NCBI GenBank assembly: GCA_040882355.1
Contig: JBBEBM010000072.1
Location: 1-61,872 of the forward strand
Length of the DNA stretch: 61,872 nt
DNA from: Dehalococcoidia bacterium
GTDB taxonomy: Bacteria; Chloroflexota; Dehalococcoidia; DSTF01; RBG-16-68-14
Direction: 5' to 3'
The notes beneath the pieces were generated by a model. The model did no database searches and had not been told where the DNA came from. It saw nothing but the letters and a program-made list of their open reading frames with translations. Below, one piece after another: positions 19,420 to 28,451 of this stretch (position 1 is its first letter; each line of letters begins with the position of its first letter). Position numbers and translations under genes: made by a program.

Positions 19420-20808
19420 CTAGTGACCCGGCGGCGCCTGCGAGAAGTCCGGCACGTCGACGTGCTTGCGCAGCGCCGCCATCACCTCCGTCTCGATCTC
19501 CTTCAGACCCGCCTCAGACTTCGACTCGAAGCGCAGCGTGAGGTTCGGCCCCGTGTTCGAGGCGCGGATCAGCGCCCAGCCGTCCGGCCACTCCGCGCGA
19601 ATGCCGTCGATCTCTAGCGCTTCGTGACGCTGGCGCAGCTCGCTCGCCACGTTATCCACAACCGACCACTTCCGGTCGTCCGCGCAGGGGACGCGCAGCT
19701 CCGCACTGGTGTACCAGCGGGACATGCCCTGCAGGTGCTCCGAAAGCGGCATCTCGGTTTCGGATAGGTATGAGAGCAGCTTGCACGCGGCGAAGAGCGC
19801 GTCGTCGGCGTAGAAGTTCTCCTGAAAGAAGATGTGTCCGCTCGCCTCGCCGGCCAGCGGCGCTTCCTCTTCCCGCATCTTCAGCTTGATGAAGCTGTGG
19901 CCCGTCTTCCAGATGATCGCCTCGCCGCCGTGCGCCCGGATGTCGTCCACCACCGGCTGCGACGTCTTCACGTCCATGATGATCTTCGCGCCGGGCTGCT
20001 TCGCGAGCAGCGCGCGCGCCAGCAGCATCAGGATGTAGTCCGCCTCGTGCCGCTCGCCGTGCTCGTCGATCACGCCGATGCGGTCGCCGTCGCCGTCGAA
20101 AGCGAGGCCCAGCTCCGCGCCCGTCTCCCTCACCTTCGCCTGCAGGTCGACGACGTTCTCCGGCATCTGCGGGTCGGGCAGGTGGTTCGGGAAGTTGCCG
20201 TCCAGCTCCGTGTACAGCTCGAACAGCTCGCAGCCCGCGTCGCGAAGGAACGGCGGCGCGTACAGCCCGGCGACACCGTTGCCCGTGTCGACGGCGATGC
20301 GGAACGGACGCGTCAGCCGCGCCGCCTGCTTCAACCGCCCGAAGTACTCCGGCTTCACCTCGCGCAGCTCGATGCGCCCGTCACCGGTGCGGAACTCGCC
20401 GGAGTCGATGATCGCCTTCACCTTGAGGATCTCGTCTCCCGCGACCGGCCGCGCGCCTTCGCCGACGAGCTTGAAGCCGTTCTCGTCCTTCGGGTTGTGG
20501 CTGCCGGTGACGTTGATCCCGCCGGGCAGCTTCCAGTTGCCGACCGCGAAGTAGAGCGCCGGCGACGTGCTCATGCCGATGTCGTAGACCGTGCAGCCCG
20601 CGGAGACGAGGCCGCGCATGAGCGCGCCCTTCAGCTCCTCGCCGGTGAGGCGGTTGTCCCGCCCAACTGCGATCTCGCTGCGGCCGCTGAGCTTCGCGAT
20701 GTAGGTGCCGAAGGCCTTGCCCAGCAGCTCCGCCACCTCGGTCGTGATCGCGGGGCCTACTTTGCCCCGAATGTCGTAGGCGCGAAAGATATCTGGATCG
20801 ATCGCCAT
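19420..20808 (-). CDS. phosphomannomutase/phosphoglucomutase
   Basis: IFRAYDIRG, TGSHNP, FDGDGDR, GEASGH, RASNT. Confidence 0.95.
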   Translation of the reverse strand: MAIDPDIFRAYDIRGKVGPAITTEVAELLGKAFGTYIAKLSGRSEIAVGRDNRLTGEELKGALMRGLVSAGCTVYDIGMSTSPALYFAVGNWKLPGGINVTGSHNPKDENGFKLVGEGARPVAGDEILKVKAIIDSGEFRTGDGRIELREVKPEYFGRLKQAARLTRPFRIAVDTGNGVAGLYAPPFLRDAGCELFELYTELDGNFPNHLPDPQMPENVVDLQAKVRETGAELGLAFDGDGDRIGVIDEHGERHEADYILMLLARALLAKQPGAKIIMDVKTSQPVVDDIRAHGGEAIIWKTGHSFIKLKMREEEAPLAGEASGHIFFQENFYADDALFAACKLLSYLSETEMPLSEHLQGMSRWYTSAELRVPCADDRKWSVVDNVASELRQRHEALEIDGIRAEWPDGWALIRASNTGPNLTLRFESKSEAGLKEIETEVMAALRKHVDVPDFSQAPPGH

Positions 20809-20856
20809 TGAATCTCCTTCCTTGGATGCTCCGTCGATTATACTACTAGCGCTCCG

Positions 20857-21768
20857 ATGGCAGAGAACGAACGCGTCGGCTTCATCGGGCTCGGCATCAT
20901 GGGCCGGCCCATGGCGCGCAACCTGCTCAAGGCAGGTTACCCCCTCGTCGTCTGGAACCGCAGCCGGCCCGGCATCGACGCGCTGGTCGGCGAGGGCGCT
21001 GAGGAGGCGGAGTCGCCCCGCGCCGTCGCCGAACGCGTCAGCGCCGTCATATCGATTCTCGGCGACTCGCCGGACACGGAACAGGTCGCGCTCGGCGAGC
21101 GCGGCATCGTCGCGGGCGCCCACGAAGGCCTCATCCACATCGACATGTCCACCATTTCGCCCGCAGTCACGCGCGCCATCGCCGCCCGCCACGCCGAGGC
21201 CGGCGTCGAGATGATCGACGCGCCGGTGAGCGGCGGAGAGCAGGGCGCCATCGACGGCACGCTCTCGATCATGGCCGGCGGCAAGCCGGACGTCTTCGAG
21301 CGCTGCCGTCCGCTCTTCGAGGCGATGGGCCGCACCATCGTCTACTGCGGCCCGACCGGGTCCGGGCAGGTCGTCAAGCTCTGCAACCAGGTCGTCGTCG
21401 CCCTGAACAACCTCGCGATGAGCGAGGCGCTCGTGCTCGCCGCCAAGGCCGGCGTCGAGCCGGCGACGATGGTCGAGGCAGTGAGGGCCGGCGCGGGCTC
21501 GTCGTGGGCGCTGCAGAACCTCGCGCCTCGCATCCTCGCCGGCGATTTCAAGCCCGGCTTCAAGGTCGCACACCAGCAGAAGGACCTGCGGCTGGCGCTG
21601 GAGCTGGCGCACCAGGGCTCGGCGCCGCTGCCCGGCACAGCGCTCGTCCACCAGCTCTTCGCAGCCCTCGAAGCGGAAGGTCTCGGCGAGGCCGGCACCC
21701 AGGCGCTGGTGAAGGCGCTGGAGAAGCTCGCGAACACATCTTTGCGCGGAAGTCCCGCGGAGGAGTAG
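20857..21768 (+). CDS. 2-hydroxy-3-oxopropionate reductase / beta-hydroxyacid dehydrogenase
   Basis: GFIGLGIMG, DMSTISP, DAPVSGG, KLCNQ, KDLRLA. Confidence 0.9.
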   Translation: MAENERVGFIGLGIMGRPMARNLLKAGYPLVVWNRSRPGIDALVGEGAEEAESPRAVAERVSAVISILGDSPDTEQVALGERGIVAGAHEGLIHIDMSTISPAVTRAIAARHAEAGVEMIDAPVSGGEQGAIDGTLSIMAGGKPDVFERCRPLFEAMGRTIVYCGPTGSGQVVKLCNQVVVALNNLAMSEALVLAAKAGVEPATMVEAVRAGAGSSWALQNLAPRILAGDFKPGFKVAHQQKDLRLALELAHQGSAPLPGTALVHQLFAALEAEGLGEAGTQALVKALEKLANTSLRGSPAEE

Positions 21769-21835
21769 GACTGTCGATCTCGCTCGATCTCATTCGTCGG
21801 CATGGTGAAACGTACACAGATCGAAGGAGGTCGAC

Positions 21836-22185
21836 ATGCCAGAGTTTGTGATGTTCATTGCTGAGGACAAGGAGCTGCGGGCGAAGCTGAGTGATGAAGC
21901 CTTCGCCACCAGCTTCAAGAAGTTGAGCGCCTGGTTCAAGAAGCACGCGCGGGCGGGCAGCATCGTGACGAGCGGCGGACCCAGGATCGAGCGTTCGAAC
22001 GCCAGGACCGTTCGCGTTGACAGCGGGACCGTCACCATCACCGACGGCCCGTTCGCCGAGACCAAGGAGCTGATCGGAGGTGACGCCCTGCTGGACGTCC
22101 CGACATGGATGTTGCGGTCGAACTCGCGAAGTCGTGGCCGGGCCTGCCTGTCGCGCTCGAGCTGCGTCCCGTGATTGCCGGCTGA
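21836..22185 (+). pseudogene. YciI/DGPF-family gene with an apparent 1-nt deletion near 22100
   Basis: TDGPFAETKELIGG in frame; family-like tail DMDVAVELAKSWPGLPVALELRPVIAG* lies in another frame from about 22102. Confidence 0.7.
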
Positions 22186-22220
22186 CCCCCGGGCCGCGCC
22201 CGCTGTGCTATCCTACGCTC

Positions 22221-22808
22221 GTGAGCGAGCACGCCCCGGTCGCCGAGCGCCAGCCGGTGACGCAGGAAGCAGCGACAGCGCCTGACGCGGAGCCGCCTCG
22301 ACCCCCCCTGACGCGCCGCCTCCGCCGCGACGCCGCCTTCTTCCTCATCGCCATCACCGTCATTGTGCTGGACCAGGTGACGAAGGCGATCGTGCGGCGA
22401 AACCTCGAGATCGGCGAGGCCTGGCCCGAACCCGACATGCTGTTCAACATCGTCTACGTCACCAACAGCGGGGCTGCATTCGGCATGCTCCAGGGGCAAA
22501 CGCTGTTCTTGGTCGTCACGTCCCTCGTGGGCGTGGCGGCAATCGTGCTGTACTACATCTTCCCGCCGCTTGAGCACGGCCTGCTGCGCGCCGCCCTCGG
22601 CCTGCAGCTCGGCGGCGCCGCCGGAAACCTGATCGACCGCGTTCGCCTCGGCGAAGTGACCGACTTCATCAACTTCAGCTTCTGGCCGGCCTTCAACGTC
22701 GCTGACGCCTCGATCAGCATCGGCGTCGTCACGATCCTCTGGTTCTTCATCACGATGGAGAGCGAACGACTACGCGATCCGCCCAACGCGGACGCCGCCC
22801 GTGACTGA
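22221..22808 (+). CDS. lspA: signal peptidase II
   Basis: LDQVTK, NSGAAFG, GNLIDR, VTDF, FNVAD. Confidence 0.95.
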   Translation: MSEHAPVAERQPVTQEAATAPDAEPPRPPLTRRLRRDAAFFLIAITVIVLDQVTKAIVRRNLEIGEAWPEPDMLFNIVYVTNSGAAFGMLQGQTLFLVVTSLVGVAAIVLYYIFPPLEHGLLRAALGLQLGGAAGNLIDRVRLGEVTDFINFSFWPAFNVADASISIGVVTILWFFITMESERLRDPPNADAARD

Positions 22809-23706
22809 CAGCCACGACATCGTCGCCGATCGCTCCGGCGAGCGCCTCGACGTGTTCGTCGCCCGCCGCCTGCCCGAGCTGACCCGCTCCCGCGTCCGCC
22901 GCCTGATCGACCTCCATCTCGTCACCGTCGACGGCCGTCCGCCCGCGAAGGCCGGCGTCGCGCTGGAGCGAGGCCAGCGCATCGTCGTCTCGCTTCCTGC
23001 GCCCGAACCGTCGACGCTCGAGCCCGAGTCGATCCCGCTCAGCGTCGTCTACGAGGACGACGACATGCTCGTTGTCGACAAGGCGCCGGGGCTCGCCGTG
23101 CACCCTTCACCGGGCCACGCCCGCCACACGCTCGTGAACGCCGTCCTCGCGCACTGCCCGGACCTGTCAGGCATCGGGGGCGAAGGCCGGCCGGGCATCG
23201 TCCACCGGCTCGACAAGGACACCTCGGGGCTCATCATCGTCGCCAAAAACGACGCCGCCCACCTCTCGCTCGCGCGCCAGCTCAAGGAGCGTCAGGTGGA
23301 GAAGACCTACCTCGCCCTCGTCGACGGCCGCGTCGAGCCGCCGGATGGTGAGATCGACGCCGCGATCGGACGTCACCCCGTCCACCGCAAGAAGATGGCC
23401 GTCGTCGAACGCGGGCGAGCGGCGCGAACGCGCTACCGCGTCCTGCGCGAGGTCGACGGCAGGTCGCTGCTGGAGGTGCGACCGGAGACCGGGCGCACCC
23501 ACCAGATCCGCGTCCACCTCGCCCACATCGGCCACCCCATCGCCGGCGACCCGCTCTACGGTCGCGCGCACCCGCTGCTCGAACGGCAGTTCCTGCACGC
23601 CCATCGCCTCGCCTTCCGCCACCCGCGCACGGGCGAGCGGATCGAGCTGTCGGCGCCGCTGCCGGACGACCTGGCCCGGGTCGTGAGCGCTGCGCCGACG
23701 CGCTGA
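22801..23706 (+). CDS. rluD: RluA/RluD-family pseudouridine synthase with S4 domain
   Basis: GERLD, RPGIVHRLDKDTSG, TGRTHQIRVH. Confidence 0.92.
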   Translation: MTDSHDIVADRSGERLDVFVARRLPELTRSRVRRLIDLHLVTVDGRPPAKAGVALERGQRIVVSLPAPEPSTLEPESIPLSVVYEDDDMLVVDKAPGLAVHPSPGHARHTLVNAVLAHCPDLSGIGGEGRPGIVHRLDKDTSGLIIVAKNDAAHLSLARQLKERQVEKTYLALVDGRVEPPDGEIDAAIGRHPVHRKKMAVVERGRAARTRYRVLREVDGRSLLEVRPETGRTHQIRVHLAHIGHPIAGDPLYGRAHPLLERQFLHAHRLAFRHPRTGERIELSAPLPDDLARVVSAAPTR

Positions 23707-23742
23707 TCCAGGGGCCGGATGTGACAGATCGGGGACTTTATC

Positions 23743-23772
23743 TTGACACTAGAGGCGTCCTGTTCCTAAGAT
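23743..23772 (+). promoter_or_regulatory. sigma70-type promoter upstream of rnc leader
   Basis: TTGACA-N18-TAAGAT. Confidence 0.65.
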
Positions 23773-24057
23773 AGCGCTGACCCGGCGGGCAACGTGACCC
23801 CGGCGCGGGCCGGGGCCTTCGACAAGGAGGGTGGCATCGCTGCGAGCGAGTGATAAGCGGGGGGAGTCAGGGTTTGGACGTTGCCAAGAACGCGGGGCGC
23901 CCGTCTCCGCTGCCCCGTCCCTGCCGCGTCGGTCGCACCAGCCGATGTCCTCCGCCTCAAAGCTCGGTCTCGGCTCCTCCAGGCTGCCGGCGCCAGGTGT
24001 GCAAGCACCGATCTCGACTCTTGGTGGTGCGTCCGCGCGACTGACGAGGTGGCCGGT

Positions 24058-24789
24058 TTGGCCAAACGGACTTCATTGGAGGACCGCATAGGCGTGCGAT
24101 TCCAGAACCCCGCCCTTCTGGAGCAAGCGCTTGTCCACAGCTCATACGTCAACGAGAACCCTCAACTTCGCCTGCAGTCAAACGAGCGGTTGGAGTTCTT
24201 GGGCGACGCCGTGCTGGGACTTGTCGTTGCCGACGAGCTCTTCGCCAGCTACGAGGACCTGGACGAGGGCAAGCTCACGGAGCTCCGCGCCCACCTCGTC
24301 AGGCGTGACACGCTGGCGAAGGCCGCGCGGCGCCTCCGCCTGGGCCACGACCTGCAGCTCGGCCGCGGCGAGGAGGGAGGGGGCGGGCGCCCCCGCCCGA
24401 CGAATCTCGCCCACGCCTACGAGGCCGTCGTCGGGGCCGTCTTCCTCGATAGCGGCCTTGACGAGGCCCGAGGCTTCGTCACCCGTTCGCTCCAGCAGGA
24501 GTTCGGGACCGCCGCCGACCGCGCCTTCCCCGGCGACCCAAAGTCGCGGCTGCAAGAAGTGAGTCAGGCCCGCTATCAGACCACACCCCAGTACCGCCTC
24601 GTCAAGGCAGAGGGCCCCGACCACGCCCGCCGTTTCACCATCGAGGTGCTGATCCAGGACGACGCGTGGGGCCGGGGGCGCGGCCGCAGCAAACAGGACG
24701 CGGAGAAAGAGGCGGCGCGCCACGCCCTGGAACGCATGGAAGCGGAATCGCACGACGATCAGGCAGGGACGGCCGGCACATGTACCTGA
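24058..24789 (+). CDS. rnc: ribonuclease III
   Basis: NERLEFLGDAVL, DPKSRLQE, GPDH, SKQDAE..AA; TTG start after GAGGT (GTG 24049 is an alternative). Confidence 0.95.
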   Translation: MAKRTSLEDRIGVRFQNPALLEQALVHSSYVNENPQLRLQSNERLEFLGDAVLGLVVADELFASYEDLDEGKLTELRAHLVRRDTLAKAARRLRLGHDLQLGRGEEGGGGRPRPTNLAHAYEAVVGAVFLDSGLDEARGFVTRSLQQEFGTAADRAFPGDPKSRLQEVSQARYQTTPQYRLVKAEGPDHARRFTIEVLIQDDAWGRGRGRSKQDAEKEAARHALERMEAESHDDQAGTAGTCT

Positions 24790-27700
24790 AGCGGCTAGAA
24801 CTGCGCGGCTTCAAGAGCTTCGCCTCGCCGATCACGTTTGAGTTCGGCTCGGGCGTTACGTGCGTCATCGGTCCCAACGGCTCCGGCAAGACCAACGTCG
24901 CCGAGGCGCTCCGCTGGGTGCTCGGCGAGCACGCCAGCCGCGTCATCCGCGCTCGCAAGACCGAAGACGTCATCTTCAGCGGCAGCGCCAAACGGCCTGC
25001 GGTCGGCATGGCCGAGGCCGCGATCACGCTCGACAACAGCGAAGCCTGGCTCCCGCTCGACTTCGCCGAAGTCGTCGTCAGTCGCCGCGCCTACCGCAGC
25101 GGCGAGAACGAGTACTTCATCAACCAGAGCCGCGTCCGCCTCAAGGACGTTGCCGACCTCTTCCTTAAGGCCCAGGTCGGCCAGAACAGCTACGCCTTCA
25201 TGGGCCAGGGCCTGGTCGAAGAGGTGCTCACGCTCCGGCCGGAAGACCGGCGAGGGCTGATCGAAGAAGCCGCCGACGTCAAGCTCCACCGCACCAAGCT
25301 GGACGAAGCGCACAACCGGCTTCAAGCGACGCGGGACAACCTCGAGCGCGTCGCGCTGCTCGTCGCCGAGATCGCACCCCGTCTGCGCCAGCTCGAACGC
25401 CAGGCCGACCGGGCCGGCGCCCACGCCCGCCTCAGCGCGGAGCTGTCGCAGGCGCTCCGCGCCTGGTACGGCGAGCAGTGGCAGGATGCGCAGGAGGCGC
25501 TGGCCGCCGCCCGCGCGGCCTGCGACCAGCGCCAGGAAGAGGCCGAGCGCGCCAAGCGCGACGTCGTCGCGGTCGACGAGGGCGCCGGCGCCCTTTCGAC
25601 TGCGATCGAGGACGGCCGGCGCGAGATCAGCGAGCGCCTGGAGGCGCACCGCGCGCTGGAGGACTACCGCCGCGACCTGCAGCGGCGCATCACGCTCGAC
25701 GAAGAACGCCTCGCCATGCTCACCAGCCGGCGCGAGGAGCTGACCGGCGAGATCGAGTCGCTCACGAGCGAGCGCGCAGATCTGAGCGCCCTCGTCGCCA
25801 CGCAACAGGAACGCGCGGAGTCGCTCGAAACGGACCTGACGGCGGCCCGCGAGCCCTCGTCCGTCGACGCTGAGGCGCGGGAGAGCGAGGCGCGGCTCCA
25901 GGCGCTGCAGCAGGCGCTGGCGGAGGCCGAGCGTCAGCTCAGGCTCGCACAGGCGCGGCTGAGCGAGCTGGACAGCCAGAGCGCGTCGCTGGAGCGCGAG
26001 CGTGAACGGCTTGGCGCCGAGATCGCCGCGTTCGCGGAAGCGCGGCGCGAGCCGCTCGCGCTGCTGAAGGGCTGGGCGCGCGAGTTTGCCCTGCGTCAGC
26101 ACCGGGCAAGGGAGCTCGGCCCGGCCGTCCAGGACACCACACGCCAGCTCGCCCAGACAGAAGCCCGGCTGCGCGCTGCCGAAGCCAATGTCTCGCGCCA
26201 CCAGGACGAGTTGCATCGCCTCAGCGTCGAGATCGACTCGGGCCAGGCCCGCCTCGACGCGATCGAGGACCGCGACATCGACCTGCCATCGCCGGACGCG
26301 GCGATCAAGGCGCTGCTGGCGCACGGCGGCCTCATGCCTGGTCAGGAGCCGCCGGCCGACAACCGCATCCACAACATGCTCGGCGTGCTGGGCCAGCTCC
26401 TGCGCGTGCCCGCCGGCCTGGAGCGCGCCATCGAAGCCGCCCTCGCCGACGCTCTCCACGCCGTCATCGTGGAGAGCCACGAGGACGCGCTTGCGGCCGT
26501 CGAGCTGCTCGTGAGCGAAGACCTCGGCCGCGCCACCGTCCTCTCGCTCAACGACGTCCGCGCCGCCCCGCCTGTGAACCTCATGGAGGAACGCGGCGTG
26601 CTGGGCGTCGCGTCGGAGCTCGTCAAGTGTGAGCACCGCTACCGGCCGCTCGTCGAGACGCTGCTTGGCCGCACAATCGTCGTGCAGAACCTGGGCACCG
26701 GCAAGGCGCTCCTACGCCGCGGCCTGGGCAGCGTCGTTACCGTCGATGGCATCATGCTCCGCCCCATGGGCGCGATGACCGCCGGCAGCGCGAAGGCCGT
26801 CCGCACCGCGCTGTCGCATCAGCGCGAGGCCGGCGAGCTGCCGGGCGAGCTGGAGCGGCTGCGCGCCGCCCACGGCGAGACCTCCGCCGCCCTGGAGCGC
26901 GAGAAGGCCATCCTCGCGGAGGCGCGCCAGTCGCGCGACAGGCTCGCTACGGACCTCTCCCGCTTGCGCTCCGACCTCGCGCAGGCCGACGACGCGCTGC
27001 GCCACCACCGTCCGCGCTTCACCCCGCTCGCCACGCACCTTTCGTCCTCCCGGGCCCGCCGTGGCGACGCCCGGACGGCGCTGGACGAGGCTCGGGCCGC
27101 GTTAGACAACGCCAGGCGTGAGGCAGAGCGCGCCCGAGCCGACCTCGTGGAGCACAGCGCAACCGTCGAGCGCCTGCGCGGCGAGATCGAGACGCACGTC
27201 GCCGCCCGCGAAGGCGTCCTGCGCGCCGCGTCGGAGCGAAGGGCAGGGCTCGCCGCGCTGGAGAGCGAACAGCGAGCCGTCGACCAGCACCTCGCCACGC
27301 AGAACGCCTCGCTCGCGCGCGCTCAGCAAGAGCTGACCCGTCGCGAGGAGCTATCGACCCGCCTCGACGAGGAGCTGCGCGCCGTGCGCGGCCGGCTGGA
27401 GGTGGCCCGGCGGGAGCTTGAGGAGAAAGCGCGCGAGGCCGACGTGGCCCGAGAGGAGCTGGAACCCGCGCGCCACGCGCTGGAGCAGATCGAGTCGCGA
27501 CAGCGCACGATCACCGACGAGCTCGCAGCCGCCCGCGCCAACGCCCTCACCTCGGAGCGGGCTCTCCTTGACGCCGACGCCAGCGTGCGGCTGCGCGAAG
27601 AGGAGCTGGCTGCGCTACGCGAGCGCCTCGAAGAAGAGGGCTTCCGCCCGTCGCCGGAAGGCGACGATCTCCTTCCGCCCGAAGAGAGCAGCAACGGCGA

Positions 27701-28445
27701 CCAGCCGCCCGCCTGGCTCACCACCGAGCGGCGCGGCCCGGAGAGCGGCCTGCCACCCGTGCTCGGCGGCGCCGGCGTCGATCCGGTCGCGCTCAAGGAG
27801 CACATCGGCGAGCTGCGCGCCGAGATCCGCTCGCTGGGCCCGGTGAACGAGCAGGCGCAGACCGACTACGAGGAGAACCGCGAACGACACGATTACCTCA
27901 GCACGCAGCTCACCGACCTGCGCGAGGCCGAGGCCTCGATCCAGGAAGCGATGGTGGAGCTGGAGCGGATCGTCAAGCAGCGCTTTTCGACGACGTTCGA
28001 GCAAGTGAACCTGGAGTTCCGCCGCTACTTCGAGACGTTCTTCGGCGGCGGCCAAGCGGAGCTGGTGCTCACCAGGACTGACGACGACAACGGCCTTCCG
28101 GGCGTCGACATCCTGGCCCAGCCGCCGCGCAAGCGGGTGCGGACGCTCAACATGCTTTCCGGCGGCGAGCGCTCGCTCACCGCGGTCGCGCTCCTCTTCG
28201 CGCTGCTGCACATCCACCCCTCGCCCATCTGTGTGCTGGACGAAGTCGACGCCGCCCTCGACGAAGCGAACGTGGGCCGGTTCACGGGCGCCCTTCGCGA
28301 GCTGGCCGAGCGCACGCAGTTCATCATCATCACCCACAACCGCCGCACGATTGAGATCGCCGACACCATCTACGGCGTCTCCATGGGAGAGGACAGCACA
28401 TCGTCCGTCCTCTCCCTCCGCCTCAGCGACGTCCCCGTCAACTAA
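24780..28445 (+). CDS. smc: chromosome segregation protein SMC
   Basis: GFKSFA, GPNGSGKTN, hinge GRAT, LSGGE, LDEVDAALDEAN, ITH. Confidence 0.96.
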   Translation: MYLKRLELRGFKSFASPITFEFGSGVTCVIGPNGSGKTNVAEALRWVLGEHASRVIRARKTEDVIFSGSAKRPAVGMAEAAITLDNSEAWLPLDFAEVVVSRRAYRSGENEYFINQSRVRLKDVADLFLKAQVGQNSYAFMGQGLVEEVLTLRPEDRRGLIEEAADVKLHRTKLDEAHNRLQATRDNLERVALLVAEIAPRLRQLERQADRAGAHARLSAELSQALRAWYGEQWQDAQEALAAARAACDQRQEEAERAKRDVVAVDEGAGALSTAIEDGRREISERLEAHRALEDYRRDLQRRITLDEERLAMLTSRREELTGEIESLTSERADLSALVATQQERAESLETDLTAAREPSSVDAEARESEARLQALQQALAEAERQLRLAQARLSELDSQSASLERERERLGAEIAAFAEARREPLALLKGWAREFALRQHRARELGPAVQDTTRQLAQTEARLRAAEANVSRHQDELHRLSVEIDSGQARLDAIEDRDIDLPSPDAAIKALLAHGGLMPGQEPPADNRIHNMLGVLGQLLRVPAGLERAIEAALADALHAVIVESHEDALAAVELLVSEDLGRATVLSLNDVRAAPPVNLMEERGVLGVASELVKCEHRYRPLVETLLGRTIVVQNLGTGKALLRRGLGSVVTVDGIMLRPMGAMTAGSAKAVRTALSHQREAGELPGELERLRAAHGETSAALEREKAILAEARQSRDRLATDLSRLRSDLAQADDALRHHRPRFTPLATHLSSSRARRGDARTALDEARAALDNARREAERARADLVEHSATVERLRGEIETHVAAREGVLRAASERRAGLAALESEQRAVDQHLATQNASLARAQQELTRREELSTRLDEELRAVRGRLEVARRELEEKAREADVAREELEPARHALEQIESRQRTITDELAAARANALTSERALLDADASVRLREEELAALRERLEEEGFRPSPEGDDLLPPEESSNGDQPPAWLTTERRGPESGLPPVLGGAGVDPVALKEHIGELRAEIRSLGPVNEQAQTDYEENRERHDYLSTQLTDLREAEASIQEAMVELERIVKQRFSTTFEQVNLEFRRYFETFFGGGQAELVLTRTDDDNGLPGVDILAQPPRKRVRTLNMLSGGERSLTAVALLFALLHIHPSPICVLDEVDAALDEANVGRFTGALRELAERTQFIIITHNRRTIEIADTIYGVSMGEDSTSSVLSLRLSDVPVN

Positions 28446-28451
28446 CGCGGC

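Noticed and set aside
23831..24091. 86-aa ORF in the rnc leader
   Set aside because: GTG directly abuts the SD, composition is not protein-like, and it overlaps rnc out of frame
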